From NCBI GenBank assembly GCA_022600535.1, contig JAHZKE010000079.1:1-43078 (forward strand): a stretch of DNA of 43,078 nucleotides. The letters run 5' to 3'. This document shows positions 17,672-26,623 of this stretch, one piece after another (the first letter of the stretch is position 1; each line of letters begins with the position of its first letter). This stretch comes from Pseudomonadota bacterium (GTDB lineage: Bacteria; Pseudomonadota; Gammaproteobacteria; Tethybacterales; Persebacteraceae). The notes beneath the pieces were generated by a model that did not search any database, was not told the DNA's origin, and worked only from the letters and a program-made list of their open reading frames with translations. The position numbers were made by a program, and so were the translations under genes.

Positions 17672-18799
17672 ATGTTGCTGTCTTCTCGTTCTGAATTACG
17701 CACCTTGCTGATATTTGCCGCAGTCGTATTGATGATGCCGATATGGCTGCTTCCCTTAGGGGCGGCGTATCCCGATTTGTTGCAAAAATTTGCCATCTTT
17801 GGCATATTTGTTATTGGCTATAATCTTTTTTTCGGGTTAACCGGCTATTTATCCTTCGGACACGCAACCTTTTTAGGCGTTGGCTCTTATGCCGCGGTGT
17901 GGTGCTTTAAGTTACTCACCGTCAACGTGTTGCCGGCAATTGTGTTTGGTATATTAGTATCTGGATTTTTTGCTGCCGTTATCGGCTTTATCTGCTTACG
18001 CCGTTCGGGGATTTACTTTTCCATCCTCACGTTAGCACTGGCGCAAATGTGCTACAGCTTAGCGTATTCGGTGCTCACCCCCATTACCAATGGCGAGACC
18101 AGCTTACAGATGGAAGCACACGATGCACGCCTATTAGACAGTTGGATTGCACCGCATGTGGGCGACGGCTTACCGATTACGCATTTATTCGGTATTCCGA
18201 TGAGTGGCTATCCCGGGTTTTATTTTTGTGCGGTAATACTCATTATTAGTTTTTGGTTTTCTATTCGTATTTTTAATTCGCCCTTTGGTTTGCAGTTACG
18301 CGCGATTAAATCTAATCAGGAACGGATGCAATATAGCGGCTATAACACGCGCATTTATTTATTTTCCGCCTTTTTAATTTCCGGAATGTATGCGGGGCTT
18401 GCCGGTTCTTTAATGGCGGCAATTGACCCGTTAGCAGGGGCGGAGCGGATGCAGTGGACGGCATCGGGCGAAGTCGTGCTAATGACCATTTTAGGCGGTG
18501 TCGGTACGCTAATCGGTCCGATGTTGGGTGTGGGGGTGATTAAATATTTTGAAAATATTTTTTCTTCTTACAATCACGATGCCTTGCTTGAGAGTTTTTC
18601 ATTTTTACCGCAACCGTTGGCAGAAGCATTAACTTTTGTCGTCTCTCCTTTTGTCGGTGAAGGGTGGCACTTAACATTGGGGATATTATTTATGTTGGTG
18701 GTGATATTCTTACCGGGGGGAATTATGGAAGGAGTGGATCGTATTCGCGCACGTTTTTCTCGCCACAAGCAACCTCAGCAAACTGAGCAAACAACATGA
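17672..18799 (+). CDS. Branched-chain-amino-acid-type ABC permease (LivM-like)
   Basis: The motif [20 protein letters not shown] is LivM-family. The protein is polytopic and the start is 1 nt after the previous stop. Confidence 0.88.
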   Translation: MLLSSRSELRTLLIFAAVVLMMPIWLLPLGAAYPDLLQKFAIFGIFVIGYNLFFGLTGYLSFGHATFLGVGSYAAVWCFKLLTVNVLPAIVFGILVSGFFAAVIGFICLRRSGIYFSILTLALAQMCYSLAYSVLTPITNGETSLQMEAHDARLLDSWIAPHVGDGLPITHLFGIPMSGYPGFYFCAVILIISFWFSIRIFNSPFGLQLRAIKSNQERMQYSGYNTRIYLFSAFLISGMYAGLAGSLMAAIDPLAGAERMQWTASGEVVLMTILGGVGTLIGPMLGVGVIKYFENIFSSYNHDALLESFSFLPQPLAEALTFVVSPFVGEGWHLTLGILFMLVVIFLPGGIMEGVDRIRARFSRHKQPQQTEQTT

Positions 18800-19569
18800 G
18801 CGACTCGGCGAGCATAATTTTTAATATTGATAACGTTAATAAAACCTTTGGCGGTTTACAGGCGTTATCTAATGTTAACTTGGCAGTGGAAGAAGGGCAA
18901 ACACGGGCAATTATTGGTCCCAACGGTGCCGGCAAATCCACACTTTTAAATGTCTGCGTCGGGCGCATTGCCCCGGATACCGGCGTGGTGCGTTTTCGCG
19001 GGCAATCCCTCACCGGACGCACGCCGCACGATATTAACCAACTGGGGGTGGCGCGGGTATTTCAAACACCGGAGATTTTCCCCGATTTGTCGTTGTTGCA
19101 AAACGTGATGATTTCGGCATTTTCCAAACGAGACGGAGCGTTTCGTTTTAGTCCGCTAAAAGCATTAAAAGCAGAACGCCAGTTGTACGAAGAATCCATG
19201 CACTATTTAGAGGATTTAGACATTGCGGAACACGCCGAACAATTAGCCGCCAATTTATCGCGCGGCGATAAGCGGCGTTTAGAATTGGCAATGTGTTTAG
19301 TGCAACATCCGCGTTTGTTATTATTAGACGAACCCACTGCCGGTATGTCGCGGCACGACACCAACCGCACCATTGAAATTTTGAAAAAAATTAAAGAACG
19401 CGGCATGACCAAAATTATTATTGAACACGACATGCACGTTGTTTTTAGTTTAGCCGACCGTATTTCCGTGCTGGCGCAAGGCGCGATTATTGCCGAAGGA
19501 TTGCCGGAAGAAGTACGCAATAACGAGAAAGTTCAAGAAGCCTATTTGGGGGGAGGGCAGCATGACTGA
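18796..19569 (+). CDS. ABC transporter ATP-binding protein (LivG-like)
   Basis: Walker [10 protein letters not shown], signature [10 protein letters not shown] and Walker B LLLLDEP are present. The start overlaps the previous gene by 4 nt. Confidence 0.9.
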   Translation: MSDSASIIFNIDNVNKTFGGLQALSNVNLAVEEGQTRAIIGPNGAGKSTLLNVCVGRIAPDTGVVRFRGQSLTGRTPHDINQLGVARVFQTPEIFPDLSLLQNVMISAFSKRDGAFRFSPLKALKAERQLYEESMHYLEDLDIAEHAEQLAANLSRGDKRRLELAMCLVQHPRLLLLDEPTAGMSRHDTNRTIEILKKIKERGMTKIIIEHDMHVVFSLADRISVLAQGAIIAEGLPEEVRNNEKVQEAYLGGGQHD

Positions 19570-20284
19570 GCAACAACGCACTTCATTCTTTTCTTGCACC
19601 GATTTACACTCTTATTACGGCGAGAGTTTTGTCGTGCAAAATGTCAGCTTCAGCATAGAAAAAGGTGAAATTATTGCTTTATTGGGCAGAAACGGCGCCG
19701 GAAAAACTTCAACCTTGCGTTCTATTGCGCGTATGGAAGCCCCCGAATTACGTCAGGGCGAAATTTGGTTAGACGGACAACCGTTACACGAAATGGCGGC
19801 ATGGCAAGCAGCGCGTTGCGGTATTGGTTTAGTGCCGGAAGACCGCCGCATCATTGCCGGCTTAACGGTAGAAGAAAATTTACAATTAGCACAAATTGCC
19901 CCGCCAAAAGGTTGGGAGTTGGAGCGCGTCTACGAACATTTTCCCCGTTTGGCAGAACGCCGCAAACAAGACGGAAACACCTTATCCGGCGGCGAACAGC
20001 AAATGTTGGCAATTGCCAGAATTTTATCGCGCGACATTAAATTATTGCTGTTAGACGAACCATACGAAGGGTTAGCGCCGGTGATTGTGCAGGAAATTGA
20101 ACGTATATTGAACGGCATTAAAGAAATTGGCATTACCACAATATTAGTAGAACAAAACGCAGTGGCTGCCTTAAATTTAGCCAGCCGCGCCATCATTTTA
20201 GATTCCGGCGAAATAGTATTCACCGGTGCAGCACAAACCGTATTAGAAGACGAAAAAATCCGCCAAGAATACTTAGCGATTTAA
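19562..20284 (+). CDS. ABC transporter ATP-binding protein (LivF-like)
   Basis: Walker A GRNGAGKTS, signature LSGGEQQMLAI and Walker B LLLLDEP are present. The ATG at 19562 overlaps the livG-like stop by 8 nt. The ORF-track start at 19490 is upstream in-frame read-through. Confidence 0.9.
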   Translation: MTEQQRTSFFSCTDLHSYYGESFVVQNVSFSIEKGEIIALLGRNGAGKTSTLRSIARMEAPELRQGEIWLDGQPLHEMAAWQAARCGIGLVPEDRRIIAGLTVEENLQLAQIAPPKGWELERVYEHFPRLAERRKQDGNTLSGGEQQMLAIARILSRDIKLLLLDEPYEGLAPVIVQEIERILNGIKEIGITTILVEQNAVAALNLASRAIILDSGEIVFTGAAQTVLEDEKIRQEYLAI

Positions 20285-20345
20285 CAGCGCACTTCGCGCA
20301 TAGAATTAAAGGAAGCTCGGCACAGGTAAAAGCTCAGCCAGCAAC
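20285..20345 (+). repeat. Dispersed intergenic repeat, copy B (core CGCGCATAGAATTAAA + GGCACAGGTAAAAG)
   Basis: It aligns over about 45-60 nt with copy A by eye. Confidence 0.55.
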
Positions 20346-20483
20346 AGATTTTAAGTTTAGTGCAGGGGCTCTTTAGATTAAAAAATATACATCAGAGAAG
20401 GAATATTTGGTAGTTGAATGTATAATTCATAAGATTATTTATGATTAAGATATTGCGTTATAAAATGCTACAATAGAAACAGC

Positions 20484-22151
20484 ATGATAGAGAAAATTTT
20501 GATTCCAGATATTGGAGATTTTGATGCTGTAGAAGTGATTGAAGTTTTGGTGGCAGTTGGTGATACTGTGAGCAAAGAACAATCAATTCTTGTTTTAGAA
20601 TCAGACAAAGCGACATTGGATGTGCCTGCCCCGGTTGCGGGGGTGGTGCAAAAAATTGTCGTTGCTGCCGGCGATAAAGTGAAACAAGGCAGCCATATTG
20701 TTGATATTGAAGTTGCAGCCGCAGCAGAACAAGCACCAGAATCGTCGGAATCGTCGGCGCCACCAGTTGCAGAACCGGTAGTAGAACCTGCCGCTACTAC
20801 TACCACCAGCGAACCCGCCGCACCCGCAGATGAGACTCCCCCTGCTGCCGCTAACCCTGCCGGCAATGGCAGTAGTGAAGAAATTAGAGTGCCGAATATC
20901 GGCGATTTTCAAGAGGTGGAAGTCATTGAACTATTGGTCAATGTGGGCGATGAAGTAACAGCGGAACAATCCTTGTTGACATTAGAATCCGATAAAGCGA
21001 CCTTAGATGTGCCGACTCCGCTCTCTGGACGCATTGAACAAATATTGGTCAGTGCTGGCGATAAAGTCAGTGAAGGGTCTTTAATTGCAATGATTGCGAC
21101 AACAGCAAGTGCCTCGTCACCAGCGCCAGCGCCAGTAACAGCACCAGTCACAGCGGCACCACCAACAACGCCTACAGCAGAAAAAACCGCACCACCGGCG
21201 AGCGTGCAAAAACAACCGCCATTAGCGCCTGTCGTGGCGACAAAGTCAGCAAAACCACACGCCGGTCCGGCAGTGCGACATTTTGCCCGTGAATTAGGGG
21301 TAGATTTATCGGTGGTGCAGGGGAGCGGGCGCAAGGGGCGTATTCTCAAAGAAGATGTGACCCAATATGTTAAAGCGGCAATGAGTCAGCCACAGGAGAG
21401 TGGTTTTTCCTCTTTTCTGGCAGTGCCGGAGGTTGATTTTCGTCAATTTGGCGAAGTGGAAATCACCCCCTTATCGCGCATTAATAAATTATCAGCGGCA
21501 ACCTTACATCGTAATTGGGTGGCAGCACCGCATGTAACGCAGTTTGCCGAAGCGGATATTACCGACATGGAAGATTTTCGCAAATCCCTCGCCGAAGAAG
21601 CCAAACGCAGCGATTATAAAATGACGCCGCTGGTCTTTTTGATTAAGGCGGCTGTGGCGGCGTTGCGGCAATTCGGCAAATTTAACGCTTCTTTGATGGT
21701 GGACGGCGAAAATTTGGCAGTTAAAAAATATTACCATATCGGCGTGGCGGTGGATACTCCCGGCGGTTTAGTGGTGCCGGTGGTGCGCGATGCCGATAAA
21801 AAAGGGTTGGCAGATATCGCCCGCGAACTTGCCGATTTGAGCGCCCGCGCCCGCGCCGGCAAACTCAAAAGAGAAGACATGCAAGGCGGGTGCTTTACTA
21901 TCTCGTCACTTGGCGGGATTGGCGGCACGGCATTTACCCCAATATTAAATCTACCCGAGGTTGCTATTTTGGGCGTTTCGCGCTCCGAAATAAAACCGCA
22001 TTGGGATGCCGAAAATAATCAATTTGTGCCGCGTCTTAAATTACCCTTAGCGCTCTCCTACGATCATCGCGTGGTGGACGGTGCCGATGGCGCGCGTTTT
22101 ATTACTTACTATACCGAGTTATTAGGCGACATCCGCCGCTTGACGTTGTAA
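20484..22151 (+). CDS. aceF: Dihydrolipoamide acetyltransferase (E2 of a 2-oxoacid dehydrogenase complex, PDH-type) with two lipoyl domains
   Basis: Two lipoyl motifs are present (LESDKATLDVPAP and LESDKATLDVPTP). Ala/Pro-rich linkers, a subunit-binding domain (AGPAVRHFARELGVDLSVVQGSGRKGRI) and the catalytic motif LSYDHRVVDGADGARF are also present. Confidence 0.9.
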   Translation: MIEKILIPDIGDFDAVEVIEVLVAVGDTVSKEQSILVLESDKATLDVPAPVAGVVQKIVVAAGDKVKQGSHIVDIEVAAAAEQAPESSESSAPPVAEPVVEPAATTTTSEPAAPADETPPAAANPAGNGSSEEIRVPNIGDFQEVEVIELLVNVGDEVTAEQSLLTLESDKATLDVPTPLSGRIEQILVSAGDKVSEGSLIAMIATTASASSPAPAPVTAPVTAAPPTTPTAEKTAPPASVQKQPPLAPVVATKSAKPHAGPAVRHFARELGVDLSVVQGSGRKGRILKEDVTQYVKAAMSQPQESGFSSFLAVPEVDFRQFGEVEITPLSRINKLSAATLHRNWVAAPHVTQFAEADITDMEDFRKSLAEEAKRSDYKMTPLVFLIKAAVAALRQFGKFNASLMVDGENLAVKKYYHIGVAVDTPGGLVVPVVRDADKKGLADIARELADLSARARAGKLKREDMQGGCFTISSLGGIGGTAFTPILNLPEVAILGVSRSEIKPHWDAENNQFVPRLKLPLALSYDHRVVDGADGARFITYYTELLGDIRRLTL

Positions 22152-22163
22152 TTCTTGTTCTCT

Positions 22164-23453
22164 TTATAAGGTTATCGTAACTTGCAACCCATGCGGTTGC
22201 CGATTCGTAGCCGTAATGCGCCCGCCGTGTGCTTTGACAATGGCAGCAACAATCGCCAACCCCAAACCAAACCCGCCGGTGTTGCGGGTGCGCGATTCAT
22301 CGGCGCGAAAAAAGGGCTCAAATAAATGCGGTAAATCTTTTTCGGCAACGCCTTGTCCATCATCGCTAATGTGAATATTAACTGCGCTGCCACTTTGTTG
22401 CAGATTAATATCAACGTGCTCGGCGTATTTAAGCGCATTGTCTAATAAGTTATTAATTGCCCTGCCGAATAATACCGGGTCTATGGTTAATGGTGCGGTG
22501 TTGGTCGTCGCACATACATGGTTGCGGATGCGTGTTTGTTCGTGGGGCGGACGCGCCTGTATTAGTTCTTGCAAAAATTGCGCGGCGGCGACTGATTGTT
22601 TATTCGCGCCCGAGTGCGCCGATTGCAAACGTGCATTTTGCAAAAGATCACTGGTGAGTGTTTCTAATTCTTTTAAATCCTTATCAATCGCCGCTTTTGC
22701 GCGCGGGTGGTCAACCATTTCTGCCGCCAATTTTAGGCGCGCAATCGGCGAGCGTAATTCATGCGAGGCGGCGATTAAAAAATTTTCCCGCGTGGTCAGC
22801 AGTTGTTGTAGACGTTCCTGCATGGTGTTAAATCCACGCGCTAATAAACCAATTTCATCGTCGCGGTTGCTGTGGTAAGGGCGCCATTCGCCGTCACCAA
22901 TCGCTTCCATATTGCGCCGCAGTATTGCTAAGGGGGCGAGTTGCCGCCGGATAATATAATAAACACTGCCCCAAATTAATAAAAAAGTTGTCAATGTGTA
23001 GAGCAGCAACGGCAGGGGAAGCGCAGAATGACGGTCGTGTTCTAATGAAATCATAATTTGCTGTTTTTTATGCGCGTAAAATAAATATAAATCGCCATCG
23101 GCTTGCATCAGCTTAAAATGGCGCGGTAGCCGTTTGGTGCGCAGGCGGAACTTGCGCTTGGGCGGGCGCAGTTGATTAAATTCCGGCATATCGTCATCGG
23201 TCACATGGCTAAAGTGCGGGTCGCGATAGCGGATGTCAATTTCTAATTCTTCGTCAAGGCGGTTTAAATTTTCTACCGTCGGTTCGCTTAATATGCTGTT
23301 GATGACTAAACGATTAACATTGCCGAAGCGTTGGGTGATTTTTTCGTGGGTCTCTTCTAATAAAAGATGTGCTGCGACAAAAAATACCATGCAAGTAACA
23401 ATAGCAGCCGCCAGTGCCAGTATGGTGAGTTTTATAAATAGCGAAAAGCGCAT
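22164..23453 (-). CDS. Sensor histidine kinase (2 TM, periplasmic domain, HAMP, HisKA, HATPase_c), CpxA-like
   Basis: The H-box is ASHELRSPIARL, the N-box is LLDNALKY and the G-boxes are DDGQGV and GGFGLGLAIV. The start overlaps the regulator stop (TAATG). Confidence 0.88.
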   Translation of the reverse strand: MRFSLFIKLTILALAAAIVTCMVFFVAAHLLLEETHEKITQRFGNVNRLVINSILSEPTVENLNRLDEELEIDIRYRDPHFSHVTDDDMPEFNQLRPPKRKFRLRTKRLPRHFKLMQADGDLYLFYAHKKQQIMISLEHDRHSALPLPLLLYTLTTFLLIWGSVYYIIRRQLAPLAILRRNMEAIGDGEWRPYHSNRDDEIGLLARGFNTMQERLQQLLTTRENFLIAASHELRSPIARLKLAAEMVDHPRAKAAIDKDLKELETLTSDLLQNARLQSAHSGANKQSVAAAQFLQELIQARPPHEQTRIRNHVCATTNTAPLTIDPVLFGRAINNLLDNALKYAEHVDINLQQSGSAVNIHISDDGQGVAEKDLPHLFEPFFRADESRTRNTGGFGLGLAIVAAIVKAHGGRITATNRQPHGLQVTITL

Positions 23454-24175
23454 TACGTTATTGCGGGGGCGGTATGATCACTAGCGGCAGCAATAAACGC
23501 ATAACCCGTATTGCGTACGGTTTTAATAAAACACGGTTTTTGTGCATTGTCGCCTAATTTTTGTCGCACGCGGCTGATCGTAATATCTAACGAACGATCG
23601 GCAAAATCAAATTCTAAACCATGCAGGCGGGCGCTGAGTTCATCGCGCGAAACGACTGCCGGACGTGCTTCTATCAGCACGGCTAAGGCGCGAAATTCAC
23701 CGCTGGTTAAAAACACCTCCTGCCAGCAATTGTCGTTATAAATTTTCACTTGCTGTGTGGCGAACGAAAAACGCAAGCCGGCAAAGTTTAAGGTCGCGTT
23801 ACTACTTGCCAATGTCGGACGGCGACACAAGGCGGTTAGGCGGGCGGCAAGTTCGCGCGGTTCAAAAGGTTTAGCAAGATAATCGTCGGCGCCGGTTTCT
23901 AAGCCGACAACACGGTCGGTCACTTCGCCGCGGGCGGATAACATCAGCAGCGGTAATTTACTGCCGCTACTGCGAATCTGGCGCACCAATTCAAACCCAT
24001 CCATTTCCGGCATCATGACATCAATAATGGCGGCGGCAAAATGTTGCTCGGCTATTTTTTTCAATGCTTGTGATGGACGATGGACGGCAACAATTTCAAA
24101 GTCAAAGCGTTGCAAATAGTCGCAGGTTAATTCGCATAGGGCAGGGTCATCTACCATGATAATTTTTTTAGCCAT
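23453..24175 (-). CDS. OmpR/PhoB-family response regulator, CpxR-like
   Basis: The receiver domain has IIMVDD, IIDVMMPEMDG and KPF. The C-terminal domain is a winged helix (ITISRVRQKL...VRNTGYAF). Confidence 0.9.
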   Translation of the reverse strand: MAKKIIMVDDPALCELTCDYLQRFDFEIVAVHRPSQALKKIAEQHFAAAIIDVMMPEMDGFELVRQIRSSGSKLPLLMLSARGEVTDRVVGLETGADDYLAKPFEPRELAARLTALCRRPTLASSNATLNFAGLRFSFATQQVKIYNDNCWQEVFLTSGEFRALAVLIEARPAVVSRDELSARLHGLEFDFADRSLDITISRVRQKLGDNAQKPCFIKTVRNTGYAFIAAASDHTAPAIT

Positions 24176-24254
24176 TATTGCGAATCATACAATGTTTAAC
24201 GAACAAATGTAACAGAAGGCGGGGTGTCAGCACATATTCGGCAAAGCCGCTATT

Positions 24255-24281
24255 AAATTCCCCTCCAGCGGAGGGGAATTT
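24255..24281 (-). other. Perfect 12-bp inverted repeat between the cpxP-like gene and the response-regulator gene
   Basis: AAATTCCCCTCC-AGC-GGAGGGGAATTT. No clean U tract follows on the minus strand, so this may be a processing or attenuation hairpin rather than a strong terminator. Confidence 0.4.
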
Positions 24282-24296
24282 TAACGGCAGGATTGA

Positions 24297-24833
24297 TTAG
24301 TAATGATTGGAGTGACGTTTATGTTTGCCATATCTCCCGCCTTGTAACAACATGTGCTCTACTCTTTGGGCGGCAATGCTACGTTGCTCTGGGGTCAGTA
24401 CCGCATGTACCTGCGCCATTGTCTCCGCCACTAAGGCGATATGCGTTTCCCGCATTTCGGCTTTGTGTTGTTCGTGGTCGCCATGTTTTTCTCGCAACAC
24501 GCGCTCAATTTCTTCAACACTCAATGTGCTCTTTTTCCATAATTGTTGGATGTCGCCATGTTTGGATTTGAGTTGTTGCTGCCGTTTTTCTATACTCTTG
24601 GCTAAAATAGCGGCGATTTTATCTTCTTGCGCATTGCTCAAATCTAAAACATCTTCTAAACGGTCGGCTATTTTTTCTGCCATCTGCATGGCACTTTTGT
24701 GTCCTTTGCCGTGGTGGTCATCGTGGTCGCCGTAGCCATAGCCACTGGCAAAAGCATTGCCGCTAATCAGTAAGGCGGCGCTTGTTGCAACAGCAAGTAG
24801 TAAGCGGGGGAGGTTGTTTTTTTGAGTTTGCAT
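24297..24833 (-). CDS. Periplasmic CpxP/Spy/ZraP-family protein (LTxxQ motifs, His-rich stretch)
   Basis: The signal peptide is MQTQKNNLPRLLLAVATSAALLISGNAFA. A His-rich stretch GDHDDHHGKGH follows. LSNAQEDKI and LTPEQRSIAAQR are LTxxQ-type motifs. I prefer the ATG at 24833 over the ORF-track start at 24941. Confidence 0.7.
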   Translation of the reverse strand: MQTQKNNLPRLLLAVATSAALLISGNAFASGYGYGDHDDHHGKGHKSAMQMAEKIADRLEDVLDLSNAQEDKIAAILAKSIEKRQQQLKSKHGDIQQLWKKSTLSVEEIERVLREKHGDHEQHKAEMRETHIALVAETMAQVHAVLTPEQRSIAAQRVEHMLLQGGRYGKHKRHSNHY

Positions 24834-24924
24834 GAGTATGCTCCTGGTAAAGATAAATGTGCGATGCACAGGGTGAATTGTATAGACGCCAACCGCTAAA
24901 AGCGTTGCTGTTGTGATGCAATTT

Positions 24925-24939
24925 GTAACAAAATGTAAC
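24925..24939. promoter_or_regulatory. Direct repeat GTAAC-N5-GTAAC (CpxR-box-like) upstream of the cpxP-like operon
   Basis: tGTAACaaaatGTAACa has a 10-bp period. It lies about 92-106 nt upstream of the 24833 start codon. The E. coli CpxR consensus is GTAAA-N5-GTAAA. Confidence 0.35.
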
Positions 24940-25082
24940 AAAGAAACCTGCCGTGTAGATTGCCCGGGGGGAAGGGATTAATGTTTTTGTTGTATTTAAT
25001 TGAAAATATTCACCAAATTTAAAAAAATAATTGTAAATTAATTCAATTTTTATTTAAAAGTAGTACAATAAGTATAGTTTCA

Positions 25083-26612
25083 TTGCTTCATGAGAGTAAC
25101 CCATTGAAAAAATCACACAAAACAAAAGATAAATTGATTGCCGCAACAATAGAAAGCGTCTATCAACACGGATATAACGACACCACGGTTGCTAAAATCA
25201 GCGATTTAGCGGATACTTCGTTAGGGACCTTACATCATTATTTTTCCAGTAAGGAAGATTTATTAGAACAAACAATGCGCTCGTTATTGCGTTCAATGCA
25301 CGAACGATTGAGTAACAGCACCATTGCGACTAGCAGCCCGCGCGGTAAATTATGGGCAGTGATTGAAGCCGTATTAGGCGACGAACAAGCAGAAGATAAA
25401 ACAACGGCGGTGTGGTTTGCGTTTTGGTTGCAAGCTGAGCATGACGAAGATTTGCGCCGCTTGCGCGATTTATACAACCGCCGTTTGCAATCCAATGTCA
25501 GTAGTTATTTGCGGCAGATTTTACAAGAAATCGGCGCTAGCAATGTAGAAGATCGCGTGCGTGGCGGTACGATGATGTTAATTTCATTCATGCACGGCGT
25601 TTGGGTCAGCTATGCATTGCGCGAAGAACTCGCACAAGATTTAGCGAGTGCGCGCTTGCTGGTGTGGGAGTGTTTGGAAATGTTTTTATCGCGCGCGCGC
25701 GAATCATTGACCGCAGAAGAAGCGACCATTGCCACTTCCGCCGGCTTATTGAGCGATGTGAGTATTGAAATTATCGGTGCCGACATGAAAAAATTGCCGC
25801 AATGGCGCGAATACGCAGAAAACGAAACACCGATTTACATCCCCCATTTTCGTAATGCGGCACAGTTGTCGGATAAGGTGCGTATGGCAGCGCAATTAAT
25901 TGACCAACAATTAAAACCCGTGGTACACATTGCCGCGCGTAATGTGCAAGATGTTGCCGAGTTAGAGCGCACAGTTGCCGGCATGACCGGTGTGGGGGTG
26001 GAAGAATTTTTGCTATTGGGCGGCGGTGAACCAAAACCCGTTGGTGAATTTGAAAATGTCATGCAGATATTGTCTTCCGGCGTATTAGAGCGGCATGGTG
26101 TTAAACGGGTCGGTTTTGCCGGTCATCCGGAAGCACATCCAGACCAGCCGCGTGATGTCATGCGGCGCGCATTGACTGAAAAAATCGTCACCGCCAAAGC
26201 GTTAAATATGGAGTGCAGTATCGTTACGCAATTTTGCTTTGCCGTCCGCCCGTTTTTTGACTTTTTGGATTGGACCAAAGAACAACAATTTGATGTGCCG
26301 GTGCGCTTAGGGATTGCCGGCAGGGTTAATGCGGCAAAGTTGATTAAATTCGCCGCCGCTTGCGGCATTGGGCGTTCTCTGACCTTTGTCAAACGTCAAT
26401 TTAAAAAAACCATGCCATTGGTTAATTACTCTCCCGAAGGATTGTTGGCAGAATTATCTGCCGGAATCGCCGTGCGTGAGTATCCTTTTCCAGTTAATGT
26501 TCACTTTTATCCCTTTGGGACGGTAACGGAAACATTAACTTTAGTATCTGTTGCTGTCATGGGTTCAGACAGTCCAGCTACTTCACTTATCACCGAACCC
26601 AATCGCCATTAA
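25083..26612 (+). CDS. In-frame fusion: BetI-like TetR-family regulator (aa ~1-205) + divergent methylenetetrahydrofolate reductase-like domain (aa ~225-509)
   Basis: The N-terminus has a TetR HTH (TTVAKISDLADTSLGTLHHYFSSKEDLL) and a BetI-like core (AVWFAFWLQAEHDEDLRRLRDLYNRRLQSN). The C-terminal half aligns by eye to the MetF strands. Pairs, with this protein first: VSIEII/VSFEFF, VVHIAAR/APHLTC, FLLLGGG/IVALRGD, VGFAGHPEAHP/VAAYPEVHP, IVTQFCF/AITQFFF and VHFYPFG/FHFYTLN. The start is a TTG (25083 or 25104); no ATG is available. Confidence 0.7.
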   Translation: MLHESNPLKKSHKTKDKLIAATIESVYQHGYNDTTVAKISDLADTSLGTLHHYFSSKEDLLEQTMRSLLRSMHERLSNSTIATSSPRGKLWAVIEAVLGDEQAEDKTTAVWFAFWLQAEHDEDLRRLRDLYNRRLQSNVSSYLRQILQEIGASNVEDRVRGGTMMLISFMHGVWVSYALREELAQDLASARLLVWECLEMFLSRARESLTAEEATIATSAGLLSDVSIEIIGADMKKLPQWREYAENETPIYIPHFRNAAQLSDKVRMAAQLIDQQLKPVVHIAARNVQDVAELERTVAGMTGVGVEEFLLLGGGEPKPVGEFENVMQILSSGVLERHGVKRVGFAGHPEAHPDQPRDVMRRALTEKIVTAKALNMECSIVTQFCFAVRPFFDFLDWTKEQQFDVPVRLGIAGRVNAAKLIKFAAACGIGRSLTFVKRQFKKTMPLVNYSPEGLLAELSAGIAVREYPFPVNVHFYPFGTVTETLTLVSVAVMGSDSPATSLITEPNRH

Positions 26613-26623
26613 GGAGAAAAAAA

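Noticed and set aside
20400-20430. ATTTGGTAGTTGAAT upstream of aceF as a possible PdhR operator.
   Set aside because: Only the left half resembles the ATTGGT...ACCAAT consensus and the right half does not match. No pdhR gene is in the window.
20468-21349. Long minus-strand ORFs (132 aa, 103 aa and 146 aa) opposite aceF.
   Set aside because: They lie opposite the Ala/Pro-rich linker regions of E2. They are low-complexity mirror frames with no independent start or RBS context.
24293-24735. Plus-strand ORFs of 92 aa and 136 aa opposite the cpxP-like gene.
   Set aside because: They are shadow frames of the minus-strand gene, which has a signal peptide, LTxxQ motifs and operon context.
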